A program made the position numbers and the translations under genes. From the human T2T-CHM13v2.0 reference genome, Homo sapiens, in assembly GCF_009914755.1 (NCBI RefSeq), contig NC_060926.1: a DNA stretch of 64,000 bases; one strand, written 5' to 3'. Numbering within the stretch: the first letter of the stretch is position 1; each line of letters starts with the position of its first letter. The notes beneath the pieces were generated by a model that worked only from the letters and a program-made list of their open reading frames with translations, was not told where the DNA came from and made no database searches. Positions 14,898 to 26,228 of the stretch are shown here, piece after piece.

Positions 14898-14984
14898 GGA
14901 TTACCTGACCTTGAAACAAGAATTGCATGTTTTACTTTGTTATTACACAGAACCCAACTTCTGGCAAAAATGTCCATATTTGCT

Positions 14985-15320
14985 TCACTAGTTTGTGCCA
15001 AAGCAGTAGAACAAAACAAAATGACACAGGCACAAAAATCGATGGCTTATAAAAATAACTTTATTTCTTTCTCATTTCATGTTTCCATTGTGATCAAGCT
15101 ACATATATATTCTTCATCCTGAGATGTAAGCTATGGAACTGCCCTAATGTGGAAAAGGTTAATATGATAAGAGAGGAATAAATAATGCTGTATTTATGCA
15201 ATGAAACTTAAAGCTTCTGCTTAGATGCACTATATGTTAGTTCTATTCATACTTATTGACCAAAGAAAAGTGTATGCCCAAGTATGATTTAATCAGTTTA
15301 AGAAATATAATCCTCATATT
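14985..15320 (-). mobile_element. Diverged MLT1K/L-like LTR
   Basis: Same motifs as 13068-13410 (cttaaagcttctgctt, ccaaagaaaag). Confidence 0.45.
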
Positions 15321-15455
15321 GGAAATTAGAATCATATATACACACATGTATGATCATATATATAATATATAAATTACAATCATATATATACATATATGAT
15401 TGTATAATATATATACATATATGTATATATACATATATACATATATGAATGTATA

Positions 15456-16068
15456 ATATATAATCATATATATACCTATATGAATGTATTATATATAATC
15501 ATATATATACCTATATGATTGTATTATATATAATCATATATATACCTATATGATTGTATTATATATAATCATATATATACCTATATGATTGTATTATATA
15601 TAATCATATATATACCTATATGATTGTATTATATATAATCATATATATACCTATATGATTGTATTATATATAATCATATATATACCTATATGATTGTATT
15701 ATATATAATCATATATATACCTATATGATTGTATTATATATAATCATATATATACCTATATGATTGTATTATATATAATCATATATATACCTATATGATT
15801 GTATTATATATAATCATATATATACCTATATGATTGTATTATATATAATCATATATATACCTATATGATTGTATTATATATAATCATATATATACCTATA
15901 TGATTGTATTATATATAATCATATATATACCTATATGATTGTATTATATATAATCATATATATACCTATATGATTGTATTATATATAATCATATATATAC
16001 CTATATGATTGTATTATATATAATCATATATATACCTATATGATTGTATTATATATAATCATATATAT
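15456..16068. repeat. AT-rich minisatellite, 35-bp unit ATATATAATCATATATATACCTATATGATTGTATT
   Basis: 16 identical units at 15491-16050, plus one single-mismatch unit before and a partial unit after. Degenerate flanks span ~15330-16152. Confidence 0.97.
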
Positions 16069-16435
16069 CATATATAATCATATATATGTATACATATATG
16101 ATTGTAATTTATATATACATATGTGTACATCTGTATACACATGTGTGTATATTAATAAAGGAAATCAGGACAATCAAAATACATGTTATCTGTGATCAAA
16201 ATCCAAATGGATTCAGAATATTTGAGCTAAAAAGAAAGGTATGAGTCATATGGACAGAGTGTTGTTGTTTTTTTAAATACAGGCTATAATAATTATGGTC
16301 TTTTCTTGAAATACTCTACAAAGTTTAGACCAGTACACTGAATCCATTTGTGTATGAAGTTCAAAGATTCCATAATTTGAGGAATATTGTGATAATGTAT
16401 TATAATCACTTTCTGAGAATTTTGAGGAGGAGTTA

Positions 16436-16941
16436 TGTATTAGGTTTCTCTAGAGGGACAGAACTAATAGGATAGGTGTATATATAAAGGGGAGTTTATT
16501 AAGGAGTGTTGACTCACACAAGATGAGGTCCCACAATAGGCTGTCTGCAAGCTGAAGAGCAAGGAAGCCAGTCTAAGTCCCAAAGACTCAAAACTAGGGA
16601 AGCCTACAGTGTAGCCTTCAGTCTGTGGTCAAAGGTCTAGGAGTCCCAAAGCTGAAGAACTTGGAGTCTGATGTTCAAGGGCAGGAAGCATTCAGCATGG
16701 GAGGAAGATGTAGGCCGGGAGGATTAGCCAGTCTAGTTTTTCATATTCTTCTGCCTGCTTTATTGTAGCCACACTGGCAGCTGATTAGATGGTGCCCACC
16801 CAGGTTGAGGGTGGGTCCCCCTCTCCCAGTTCACTGACACAAATGTTAATCTCCTTTGGCAACACCCTCACAGACACATCCAGGAACAATACTTTGTATC
16901 CTTCAATCCAATCAAGTTGACACTCAATATTAGCCATCACA
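16436..16941 (-). mobile_element. MLT2A (ERVL) solo LTR
   Basis: tgtattaggtttctctagagggacagaac … aagttgacactcaatattagccatcaca, with perfect 5-bp TSD AGTTA. Confidence 0.93.
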
Positions 16942-17339
16942 AGTTATTTTAATTTTTTACACTATTCTTTCAAAAATGTTAACAAGTGTTTTTATACTAC
17001 TAATTATACCTGGTGTGGTGGTCCACTTGTTGTTTAAGTTGAGTTATTTTATAGCCCACTTTCTTACAAGCACAAGTGCTAAAAATTCTGTGACTCGTGT
17101 TTTATAGTGAGGTAAGCATACCTATGGAGCATTTTAAACAAGGTAATCTATATGTTTCCTGCCAGTGCTATACCTGAAATAAAAAATGCTAAAAATAAAG
17201 TATGAGGAAATATATCAGATGAAGTTGAACAACAAAATTCTCCAAAAAGTAATAAAAATATTTATAGTGGATAGTAGAATTTTTAAAGCATTTGAAAGGG
17301 CTTTCTTTTATGTTGATAAAAGCTAGGAACCACAAAGAA

Positions 17340-17680
17340 AATACAACTCATAAATCTTTTTGTGTCAAATAACATAGTACTAAAATGTGTAAAGCAAAAT
17401 TTGGTGGGCACGCATGGAGACATCAACAAGAATAATACATAGCAGAGTGATTAATAAATAAGCTTTTGTTTATGACAAACCAAGAAGATAAAATTTAAAT
17501 ATGGTCCCAGAGTATTTGAATAATATAAATAAGATTAAATAATAAAAATTCTTAAATTTTATATTTTATCAATAAAAAATTATATTTTTTCAAGTGTCTG
17601 TAGAACTTTTACTGTAAACTTCCCCTCAAGCAACAGCTTATTAATTTTAAAAAAAACAGAAATAACATAGAGCATATTTT
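17340..17680 (+). mobile_element. Ancient L1M ORF2 endonuclease-region remnant
   Basis: A-rich; aacatag…aaaatgtgtaaagcaaaa… resembles L1 EN coding sequence. Confidence 0.45.
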
Positions 17681-17684
17681 ATGG

Positions 17685-18350
17685 CCATTTCTACCTTTAA
17701 ACTGTATCTAGAATACAAGCACTTTTGTGTACCTCCATTCTTTATGCCTTCCTATGAACCATCATCTCTCACCAGGATTATTGTGCACTTCTATTAAAGC
17801 ATCTTGTTTCTAGTCTTACCCACTACAAGTATGTTCCCAACACATCTGACAAGAGAATCCTTTAAAATAGAAGTCAGGTCATTTTACGTTTATACACAAG
17901 CCCCTGATATCACGCCTCACTTCAGAGTAAAAGCGAGTGCTACTATGATGGCTTCAAGGTCTTACAAGAGTAAGCCCATCTCCTCTTCTTGGATCCGCTC
18001 TTCTGTGATTCTGTCATGCTCAGTCATCTCCAGCAACTGGCCTGAGTATTCTTGGAACACACCAGCCTTAAGGTCTCTGCTCTAGTGTTCTCTGCCTGAA
18101 CTGCTTTTTTTTTTTTTTTTTTTTTTTTTACTGAAATTTCAGCTTCCTAGTGAGTCATACCATAATCACTCTAATTATCACTGCAAGCAGTACCCCAGCA
18201 CCCCTATTCATAGAGAGCCTGTGTTTTTTTTTTTTTTTTTTTTGCCTTTGTACGGTACTTATCAACCGTACAAAGTCTAGCATTCTCCAACACTTACTTT
18301 ATTGTCTATCTTTTTTAGAATCCATGCTCCATGGGGATGCTAATATTTAC
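17685..18350 (+). mobile_element. L2 LINE fragment
   Basis: ccaggattattg…cctttaaaatagaagtcaggtca…cacttcagagtaaaag…ttagaatccatgctccatgggg are L2 3' region motifs. Confidence 0.65.
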
Positions 18351-18444
18351 CTATTTTGTAAAGAATTACAAAATAATTAAACCATCAATAATATAACAGC
18401 AAAAAACAAGTGTGATATAGAACACGTGTGTGTGTGTGTAATGT

Positions 18445-18574
18445 ACAGAAATTTCCTGACATAATATTTCTATTTTATGATGGGTGGGTATTAAATGCAT
18501 ACTTAGCTTATAATATTTTTGAATTACAATGGGTTTACAGGGACATAATCCCATTATAAGTGTAGGAATATCTG
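18445..18574. mobile_element. MER47/Tigger5-like fragment
   Basis: End ttacaatgggtttacagggacataatcccattataagtgtaggaatatctg-TA resembles the Tigger5 terminus. Confidence 0.6.
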
Positions 18575-18594
18575 TATAAAATATGTATAATATG

Positions 18595-18793
18595 CTCTCT
18601 CTCTCGATACATGTATATATCAAGATTATACATATATACACACATATGCTCTCTCTCTCTCGAGATATATATATGTGCGTGTGTGTGTGTATATATGTAT
18701 ACATATATATGTGTATGTATATATGTATACACACATATATACACATATATATGTATACATATATACACATATACATATATATGTATATATCTC
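18595..18793. repeat. (TC)/(TA)/(TG)/(CA) compound simple repeat
   Basis: Directly visible alternating dinucleotide tract. Confidence 0.9.
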
Positions 18794-18872
18794 AAATGAA
18801 GGAGATAATTTATGACTATAAATTTTCCCCTAAGAAAATATGTAGGAGCAGCTTTATAGTCATAAATATTTA

Positions 18873-19527
<655 letters not shown>

Positions 19528-20234
19528 TGATTATATTATTTTTTAAAAGAACAAAAACCAAACAGTATTTTCTCTACACTTAGATAATAAAAAATAAATA
19601 TCGAACATTTAATTGGAAAAAAGTTCAAGTAGTGGACACGTCTTAGAAATAATTTTTGCATGTTCTACCTAAAATAGGACCCAGAACAACAAAATAAGAG
19701 CAATTAAATAGTAAATAGTAGCAAGATAATTTAATAATTGAGAGATAACACAAATTAAAATGGAACATTAAGAAGTGTAATAATGATGCCCACTAATAAT
19801 AATGACATAGGTACTTTCAAACATTTAATATGAGAATGTAAATGTACAAATGAATATAAGTGTGCCATTGAATACAGTTTTCATAATGCCATACATAAGA
19901 AGGCACCTGTGTCTGAAGTAAATTTATGTCAATAACTTATGAATTATTTCCAAAACAAAACAATGAAGAAAGGAATAAAAGAAGAAAGGCAGGAAGGAAC
20001 AAAGAAAGGAAGGGAGAAAAGAAAGCAAACGCATGTTTTGCCTTCATGGCTACGATTATCCTGTGCATTCACACTTTTCTACTTAAAATTTAAGCCATAT
20101 ATTTTCTATGTTAGTATAAGACTTCATGATCACTTCTATTAGCTGTATATTTTGATACTGGGTAGATGAGATATAGGTTGATGACTTTTTAATTTCTCAG
20201 TAACTACAATAACATATTTCAGTATATATAATTT

Positions 20235-20506
20235 TAGTGGTCTAACTGTGGAAGCCACTACTCACAAGTGTGAATTGAGATTTGGTATAGTTTAAAATAC
20301 ACACCTACTTTAGAAGAATTAATTTATGAACAAGAACATAAAATATCTCATTAATATTATTATATTGGGTGTATGTTGAAACAATGTGTTAAGGTTAAAT
20401 CAATATATCAATAAAATTAATTATACCATATTGTTTTGACTTATTTGTTAGTGTAACTATAAGAATATTTAAAAATTGCATATGTGGTTCCTGTTAGACT
20501 ATGCTG
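20235..20506. mobile_element. MER33-like hAT-Charlie element
   Basis: aaaatacacacc…aaatatctcattaat…tttaaaaattgcatatgtgg motifs. Confidence 0.6.
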
Positions 20507-20674
20507 GTTTAGATAAAGTGTTACATGATCAGGGAATAGGGAAATAAGTTATGAAGATGTGGATATTCAGAAAACACTCCTCAGAAGTAATACCATTTAA
20601 ATAAGCTAGGTTTTATAAGTGAGGTGGTACCCATTAGCATTTCATTATTATAATGTATCATTTAAATTATAATA

Positions 20675-21028
20675 AACCTACCAACTATAAAAAGGCCTGG
20701 ACCAGATGGATTCATAGCCAAATTCTACCAGATGCAAAAAGAATAGCTGGTCCTAATTCAACTGAAACTAATCCAAAAACTGAGGAGGAGGGACTTCTCC
20801 CCAACTCATTCTGTGAAGCCAGTATCACCCTGACACCAAAACCTGACAGAGAAACCACACACAAAAGAAACTGACAGGCCAATATCCCCAATGAACATAG
20901 ACACAAGAATCCTCAACAAAATACCAGCAAACTGATGTCAATGGCATATCAAAAACTTTATTCACCCTGACCAACTAGGCTTCATTGCTGAAATGCAAGA
21001 TTGGTTCAACATACACAAATCAATAAAT
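20675..21028 (+). mobile_element. L1 (older L1PA/L1PB) ORF2 internal fragment, start of RT region
   Basis: Decayed PGPDGF…EEEGLLPNSFCEASITLTPKP…RPISxMNID…ILNKI coding sequence. No poly(A) or TSD. Confidence 0.92.
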
Positions 21029-21046
21029 TCCCTCCTCTTTTTCTTT
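21028..21046 (-). other. Retroviral polypurine tract
   Basis: AAAGAAAAAGAGGAGGGAA immediately downstream of env, where a 3' LTR should begin. Confidence 0.75.
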
Positions 21047-21109
21047 GTACTCCTATTGGTCCCATTTCCACACTTATTTTTGTGTCCTTTGGTCCTCAAA
21101 TTGTTTCAA

Positions 21110-22030
21110 GAGCTGTTGATTCTCTTCATCATAAGAGAGTAGATCTTATGTCATTTCTAATAATAGTTGATATGTTATGGTCCTTTGTTTGTTGATGGCT
21201 GTTTTGATTAATTTTGGGGTTAACCCTGTAACACAGGGGATAATGCAACACCCTACAGCTGTTAGGACTTCAGCCACTATTATAAGGAGTGTTAGAATGG
21301 AGGCCACCCTTGCTTTACTTTTCCCAAACCAACTCCCTAAGCAGTAAATGGGTCATTAATTCTGGCATTTTCTGCCAATTTATTGGCTAGAGGTGTTAAC
21401 TCTTGTAATGCCCTTGTGATAGTTTCATCTGGGGCAGTATTGTTAGGATTAAAAGTGCAACACTTTCTCCCCAGCATGACATATATGCCTTCTTTCTCTG
21501 CTAAGATCATGTCTAGTGTAAGTGTGCTCTCCCAGCCATTCAGCTAGTGGCATCTAACTGGCTAGCCACTCCTTTGAGAGCATCTCGAGTATAGTTGATG
21601 AATCTTTGTTGATTATAATAGATATAATCAATCTATTATTGATTGGATAAATGTGGATATAACCAATCCACATTTTTATTAATAATTGACTGCCAGAAGA
21701 GTGCTGATTCAAACCCAGCAGCTATTTGATTTCAGGCCTTCAATTCATTAGGTACTCCTCTAGGTACACCTGCTGAGTCAATATAAATGTTGGGATCAAA
21801 ATAATTTGTTAAATTTTTCTGACTTCGGTGGCCATGTGGATTCTTGGGAATCTTATGGAATGCCAGGGTGAATGGAATGGCCAATTGAACCAGCTGAACT
21901 AAGGCACAAGTCCCAGTCCAATTGGATGGCAATAGGTCACAGAGGTTCTTCATTCCACAATACCACCAGACATCAGCCCCGGGGTATATGAAGAGCTGAG
22001 CAGTTGCCTTTGTTTGACTCACCAATAATG
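21110..22030 (-). pseudogene. env: ERV env remnant (end of SU and TM)
   Basis: WWYCG…LPSNWTGTCAL, GVPRGVPNELKA, NVDW…IDYIYYNQQRFINYTRDA, ISD-like LDMILAEKEG and CCTF.PNNTAPD. Contains stops and frameshifts. Confidence 0.88.
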
Positions 22031-22079
22031 TTTAGGATGTGGGTACAAGTTGAGAGTTCTCCCACAGGCTTGTTGAACT

Positions 22080-22325
22080 TTGCCCCCTGACTAGAGATGC
22101 AAGAGGACTGGTTAATATTCCGTATGGAGAATGAGGGGATTGCTCTAGTTCTAGTCTAACTTTAGTTTGATATTTTATGATATCTAAACAGTGTTGGTCT
22201 GATGCCTCCTCATTCTCCTCTCTTTTACATAAGAAACTGCCTGGATTCAAGCAAGTATTCGTTGTTAAGACCAGTTTTTTTTTTCTAGTAATATGGCTTC
22301 ATATTTTAAAATTTGGGAATCAGTC
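22080..22325 (-). pseudogene. pol: ERV pol remnant (RT connection to RNase H linker)
   Basis: ILKYEAILLEK…LNPGSFL…HCLDIIKYQTKVR is typical of gammaretroviral-like pol. Confidence 0.75.
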
Positions 22326-22601
22326 AACAATTTCCCAGCTCTTTGATTGAATATATTCCTGACCTGATGTGGGGAGTTTATGACCAGGGCCCTGCCGAAG
22401 GTTAGCTTCTGACTCTCCTCTACCTGCAGGGCTGTGGCAGCTACTGCTTACTTGCACTTCCATTTGTCTGCTGTCTTTTATGGCCTCTCTATCTCTTTCT
22501 TCCTTTTGTACTCTTCCTTTTACATTATCCCACTCCCCAGTCTCACTTTCTGTGTCTCTCTTTGATCTCTGTCTTTTCCAGTCTCTCTCACTCATTTTCT
22601 T

Positions 22602-23335
22602 TTTTTTTTATTATTATACTTTAAGTTTTAGGGTACATGTGCACATTGTGCGGGTTAGTTACATATGCATACATGTGCCATGCTGGTGCGCTGCACCCAC
22701 TAACTCGTCATCTAGCATTAGGTATATCTCCTGATGCTATCCCTCCCCCCTCCCCCCACCCCACAACAGTTCCCAGAGTGTGATATTACCCTTCCTGTGT
22801 CCATGTGATCTCATTGTTCAATTCCCACCTATGAGTGAGAATATGCGGTGTTTGGTTTTTTGTTCTCTTGTTACTGAGAATGATGATTTCCAATTTCATC
22901 CATGTCCCTACAAAGGACATGAACTCATCATTTTTATGGCTGCATAGTATTCCATGGTGTATATGTGCCACATTTTCTTAATCCAGTCTATCATTGTTGG
23001 ACATTTGGGTTGGTTCCAAGTCTTTGCTATTGTGAATAATGCCACAATAAACATACGTGTGCATGTGTCTTTATAGCAGCATGATTTATAGTCCTTTGGG
23101 TATATACCCAGTAATGGGATGGCTGGGTCAAATGGTATTTCCAGTTCTAGATCCCTGAGGAATTGCCACACTGACTTCCACAATGGTTGAACTAGTTTAC
23201 AGTCCCACCAACAGTGTAAAAGTGTTCCTATTTCTCCACATCCTCTCCAGCACCTGTTGTTTCCTGACTTTTTAATGATTGCCATTCTAACTGGTGTGAG
23301 ATGGTATCTCATTGTGGACCCGTGACCCCTGAGCA
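22602..23335 (-). mobile_element. Young L1PA2-like insertion, 5'-truncated, inside the ERV
   Basis: Near-intact ORF2 C-terminus ([38 protein letters not shown]) and 3' UTR with the GAG (not ACA) diagnostic. TSD TCATTTTCTT at 22592-22601 and 23337-23346. Confidence 0.96.
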
Positions 23336-23599
23336 ATCATTTTCTTCTTCTACCTCTCTCTTTGTCATCCCCTGTTTCCTTTCTCCCTCATACTCAGTTT
23401 CTTTCTCTTTCTGTCTGGGCAGGAGCCCGGCCGTGCTGTGCTCTGGCTCCCCGCTGCCTGTCTGCAAAGATGGTCAGCTCTGCTGAAATGACAAAGATTC
23501 AGCAGCAACTTTCATCAACAGCTTTCAGCAGCCAGCTCCCAGACACAGCTGCGTGGCGGGGTTTCCCCTGCCTTCAGGGTCAGCAGCTTAACTCTTTCT

Positions 23600-24405
23600 C
23601 TCTCCTAACAAAAACCTTCTGAGCTTCCCTTAGTAATTCCTTAATTGGTTTCTTATTGCATGCATCAATCCTTTGTAGTTTCTTAGTAATATGAGGTTAG
23701 GTTTAGTGACAAAATAAATATTTAAAAAGCCTTGCCCTACTGGGTCCTCTGGATCTAATCCTGAATATTTTCTCATTTGATCCCTGAGACTCTGCAGAAA
23801 TGCAGAGGGAGTCTCCTCTTTTTCTTGTTGGATTTCTAATGCTCTGGAGACATTCTATGTCCTAGGAGTGGACTCTTAAATCCCTCTAATTATTAGCTCT
23901 TTAAGATCTTGAATTTGGACCTGATCCCCAGAATAATTATTATCCCATCCAGGATCCTCATTTTGGAATTTCTGCTCAGCTGCCAGGACTCCTTGCTCAG
24001 GAGGATGGTGTCTCTCCCAAATGGTCATGGCTGTCCTTCTCATCATCGCCCTCTGTTCCCCAGTAAACAGAATATTCATAAAAAATGATGAGTTCATGTC
24101 CTTTGTAGGGACATGGATGAAATTGGAAATCATCATTCTCAGTAAACTATCGCAAGAACAAAAAACCAAACACCGCATATTCTCACTCATAGGTGGGAAT
24201 TGAACAATGAGAACACATGGACACAGGAAGGGGAACATCACACTCTGGGGACTGTTGTGGGGTGGGGGGAGGGATAACATTGGGAGATATACCTAAAACT
24301 AGATGATGAGTTAGTGGGTGCAGCACACCAGCATGGCACATGTATACATATGTAACTAACCTGCACATGTGCACATGTACCCTAAAACTTAAAGTATAAT
24401 AATAA

Positions 24406-24436
<31 letters not shown>

Positions 24437-25264
24437 CAAAAAAAAGAATATTCATGATTGACATCATCTCAGCCCAAGCATACAAACTGGGTCTTAAAAA
24501 TTGATGTAGCTGCTGTGCTAAGCCAAGGAAGCCTTCCAAGAGTGGCCTCATTTCCTTTTTAAAATTCCTAAACTCAGTACTTGTTAAAGGTGCACTCACA
24601 AATCCAACTTCTCCTTGTCCATAGGGACTTCTCTCAGAGGACATATATTAGACATCTGCTGTTTAGAAGGAATAGGAAAATTCTCAATGTCTTTCTTACA
24701 TTGTTCTAATTCTTTCCTCAAGTTTGGCAAGGATATAAGGGAGCATTGGGTTTAGCTCCTTCATGACCCCCAGATTTCTCTTCCTCTGGCTCTCCTGTTG
24801 CCCCTGATCTCCCTGTCCTTTATGTTTTGAGATGTATGGGGGAGGGGCAAGTGTGTTAGGGGATCCCAGGGCTTTTCACCTGGCAAGGGCTCTTTACTAT
24901 GCTCTTTTTCTTCCTCTTTGAAGGGGAGCATGGGGGTTAACTCACTAATCCAACAAAGAGAGTAACCCATCTCTTCTTGTGAGGAGGGGGTTTTATCATT
25001 TACATAGAGAGTTAAAGCTTTGCACACCTAATCCTCCTCTGAGCCAAACTTAGACCAAAAGACCAAAGGCTGATGAATGGGCTCTTTGGGCCAGATAAAA
25101 CAGCAGTACTTCATCATTGTTTGCTTTTCCTTGTCCCCAGGTCGAGGGTTATCTCTCCAAAGCTGCAGCATTCCCCCCACCTAACTATTTGGGGGATTGT
25201 CAGAGGGGTTCTCTTTAGTTCCTTCTTTCCTCTGTTTCCTAGGCCTAGAATTCTTGTTTCCCAT
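23600..25264 (-). pseudogene. gag: ERV gag remnant
   Basis: Starts ATGGGAAACAAG (MGNKNS, myristoylation-type start). Pieces MMKYCCFIWPKEP, FVSAPLTSTEFRNFKKEMRPLLE and WDNN…QDLKELIIRGI. Frameshifts, stops and an L1 insertion. Confidence 0.85.
24080..24444 (+). mobile_element. Young L1PA2/3-like 3' end inserted in gag
   Basis: L1 3' UTR with (TAAA)n tail. TSD AGAATATTCAT at 24069-24079 and 24445-24455; gag peptide MNILF appears on both sides. Confidence 0.96.
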
Positions 25265-25597
25265 TTTCAGTTAATCTCTGTGTCTGAGCTTTTCCCTGTG
25301 TACTCAGCCCCCACTTACTGGATGTTTCTTGCATACCCTGAGAACTCTGAAAATGCCCAACCACCTAGGCAGTACTTACAGTCCCATTTTCCTACCTTGG
25401 CTGGTGCACCAGGTTTCCTGGTTGCTGCAGTGCCTGCTTTTTTCCCTGCATCACTTCTTTTTTCTGCTGCATAACAGTCTCAAATTTGTCTATGGCTTCT
25501 GCAGGAAGCCAGGACACTCAAACAGAGCGGGCCACCTAAATCAGGTGGGACATGTCTCCCCTCTCAGCCACAGTCATACTCCACGCAGGCACAGAGT

Positions 25598-25615
25598 TCC
25601 ACAAATGGGCTACCA
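25598..25615 (-). promoter_or_regulatory. Degenerate tRNA-Ile primer-binding site
   Basis: TGGTAGCCCATTTGTGGA 3 nt after the LTR terminal CA. About 13/18 match to TGGTGGCCCGTACGGGGA. Confidence 0.7.
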
Positions 25616-25618
25616 GGT

Positions 25619-26228
25619 TGTGAGAAACAAACTCACCTGTCTAAACCCAAAGAATAGATTCAGAGACCCGGAGAACAGCAAAAGTGAGACTTTTAATGAC
25701 TCTCTTACAAGATCGGGTATCTTATGCGTGGGCACACTCAGTACCGTTACAACAAAAAATTTGTTCCCTAGTGCTCAGGTCCCTCCCCCGGTTCTTCATG
25801 GGCTGAGTACTATGGGGTCACAATCTTCCCAGCCATCACCTGTTGGTTGTTGGGTAAGGGCTTTAGGTGTTTTCTTTAGGGTTGTCCTGCATTTTGTTGC
25901 ATCCCACAATGCATTGCATTCCCAGCTAGCTCAGGGGCTCTTCAAGTATTTGACTTATGACTTAAGTAGCTGGGCTGGCTGTTAAGAACAGACAAAACAA
26001 GTTATTCTGCAGGCTAGTAAACTTTTATCTTAGACTAAACGTCTTCGGTTTGGGTGAGGGCAACTAAGGTGGGAGGAGGAAGACAGGAGTGAAAGGGGAG
26101 GTGACAAGCAGGCATCAGCTATCCAAGTAGGGGCCTAGTATATCCTGTTTCTTCTGTAGTTTGCTGACCTAAGCTGATTCAAGGCACTTTGTCTTGGAAA
26201 TGGAACACTGTATATATTATTTCCTTCA
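25619..26228 (-). mobile_element. 5' LTR, LTR10 family (LTR10E-like)
   Basis: 610 bp, TGAAGGAAAT…GTTTCTCACA ends, ATTAAA poly(A) signal ~75 nt from the end, adjacent PBS. Confidence 0.8.

Larger units (their letters stand above)
21028..26228 (-). mobile_element. Defective HERV-I group (HERVIP10-like) provirus lacking 3' LTR, pro and most of pol
   Basis: Ordered on the minus strand: LTR, Ile-type PBS, gag, pol remnant, env, PPT. Confidence 0.85.

Noticed and set aside
15456-16068. 35-bp palindromic repeat array as a CRISPR
   Set aside because: Units are directly tandem with no unique spacers and no cas genes, and the context is primate DNA.
21880-21902. VQL-VQL duplication in env
   Set aside because: A small 9-bp slippage in a dead frame, with no functional implication.
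22908-23336. 142-aa ORF as a functional CDS
   Set aside because: It is only the C-terminus of L1 ORF2p in a truncated insertion.
25329-25985. Longest ORF (218 aa) as a gene
   Set aside because: It is antisense across the ERV leader and LTR, has a non-ATG start and no recognisable domain.
25980-26120. p53 response element in the LTR10-like LTR
   Set aside because: Only isolated imperfect half-sites (AAACAAGTTA, TGACAAGCAG) are visible, with no convincing paired site.
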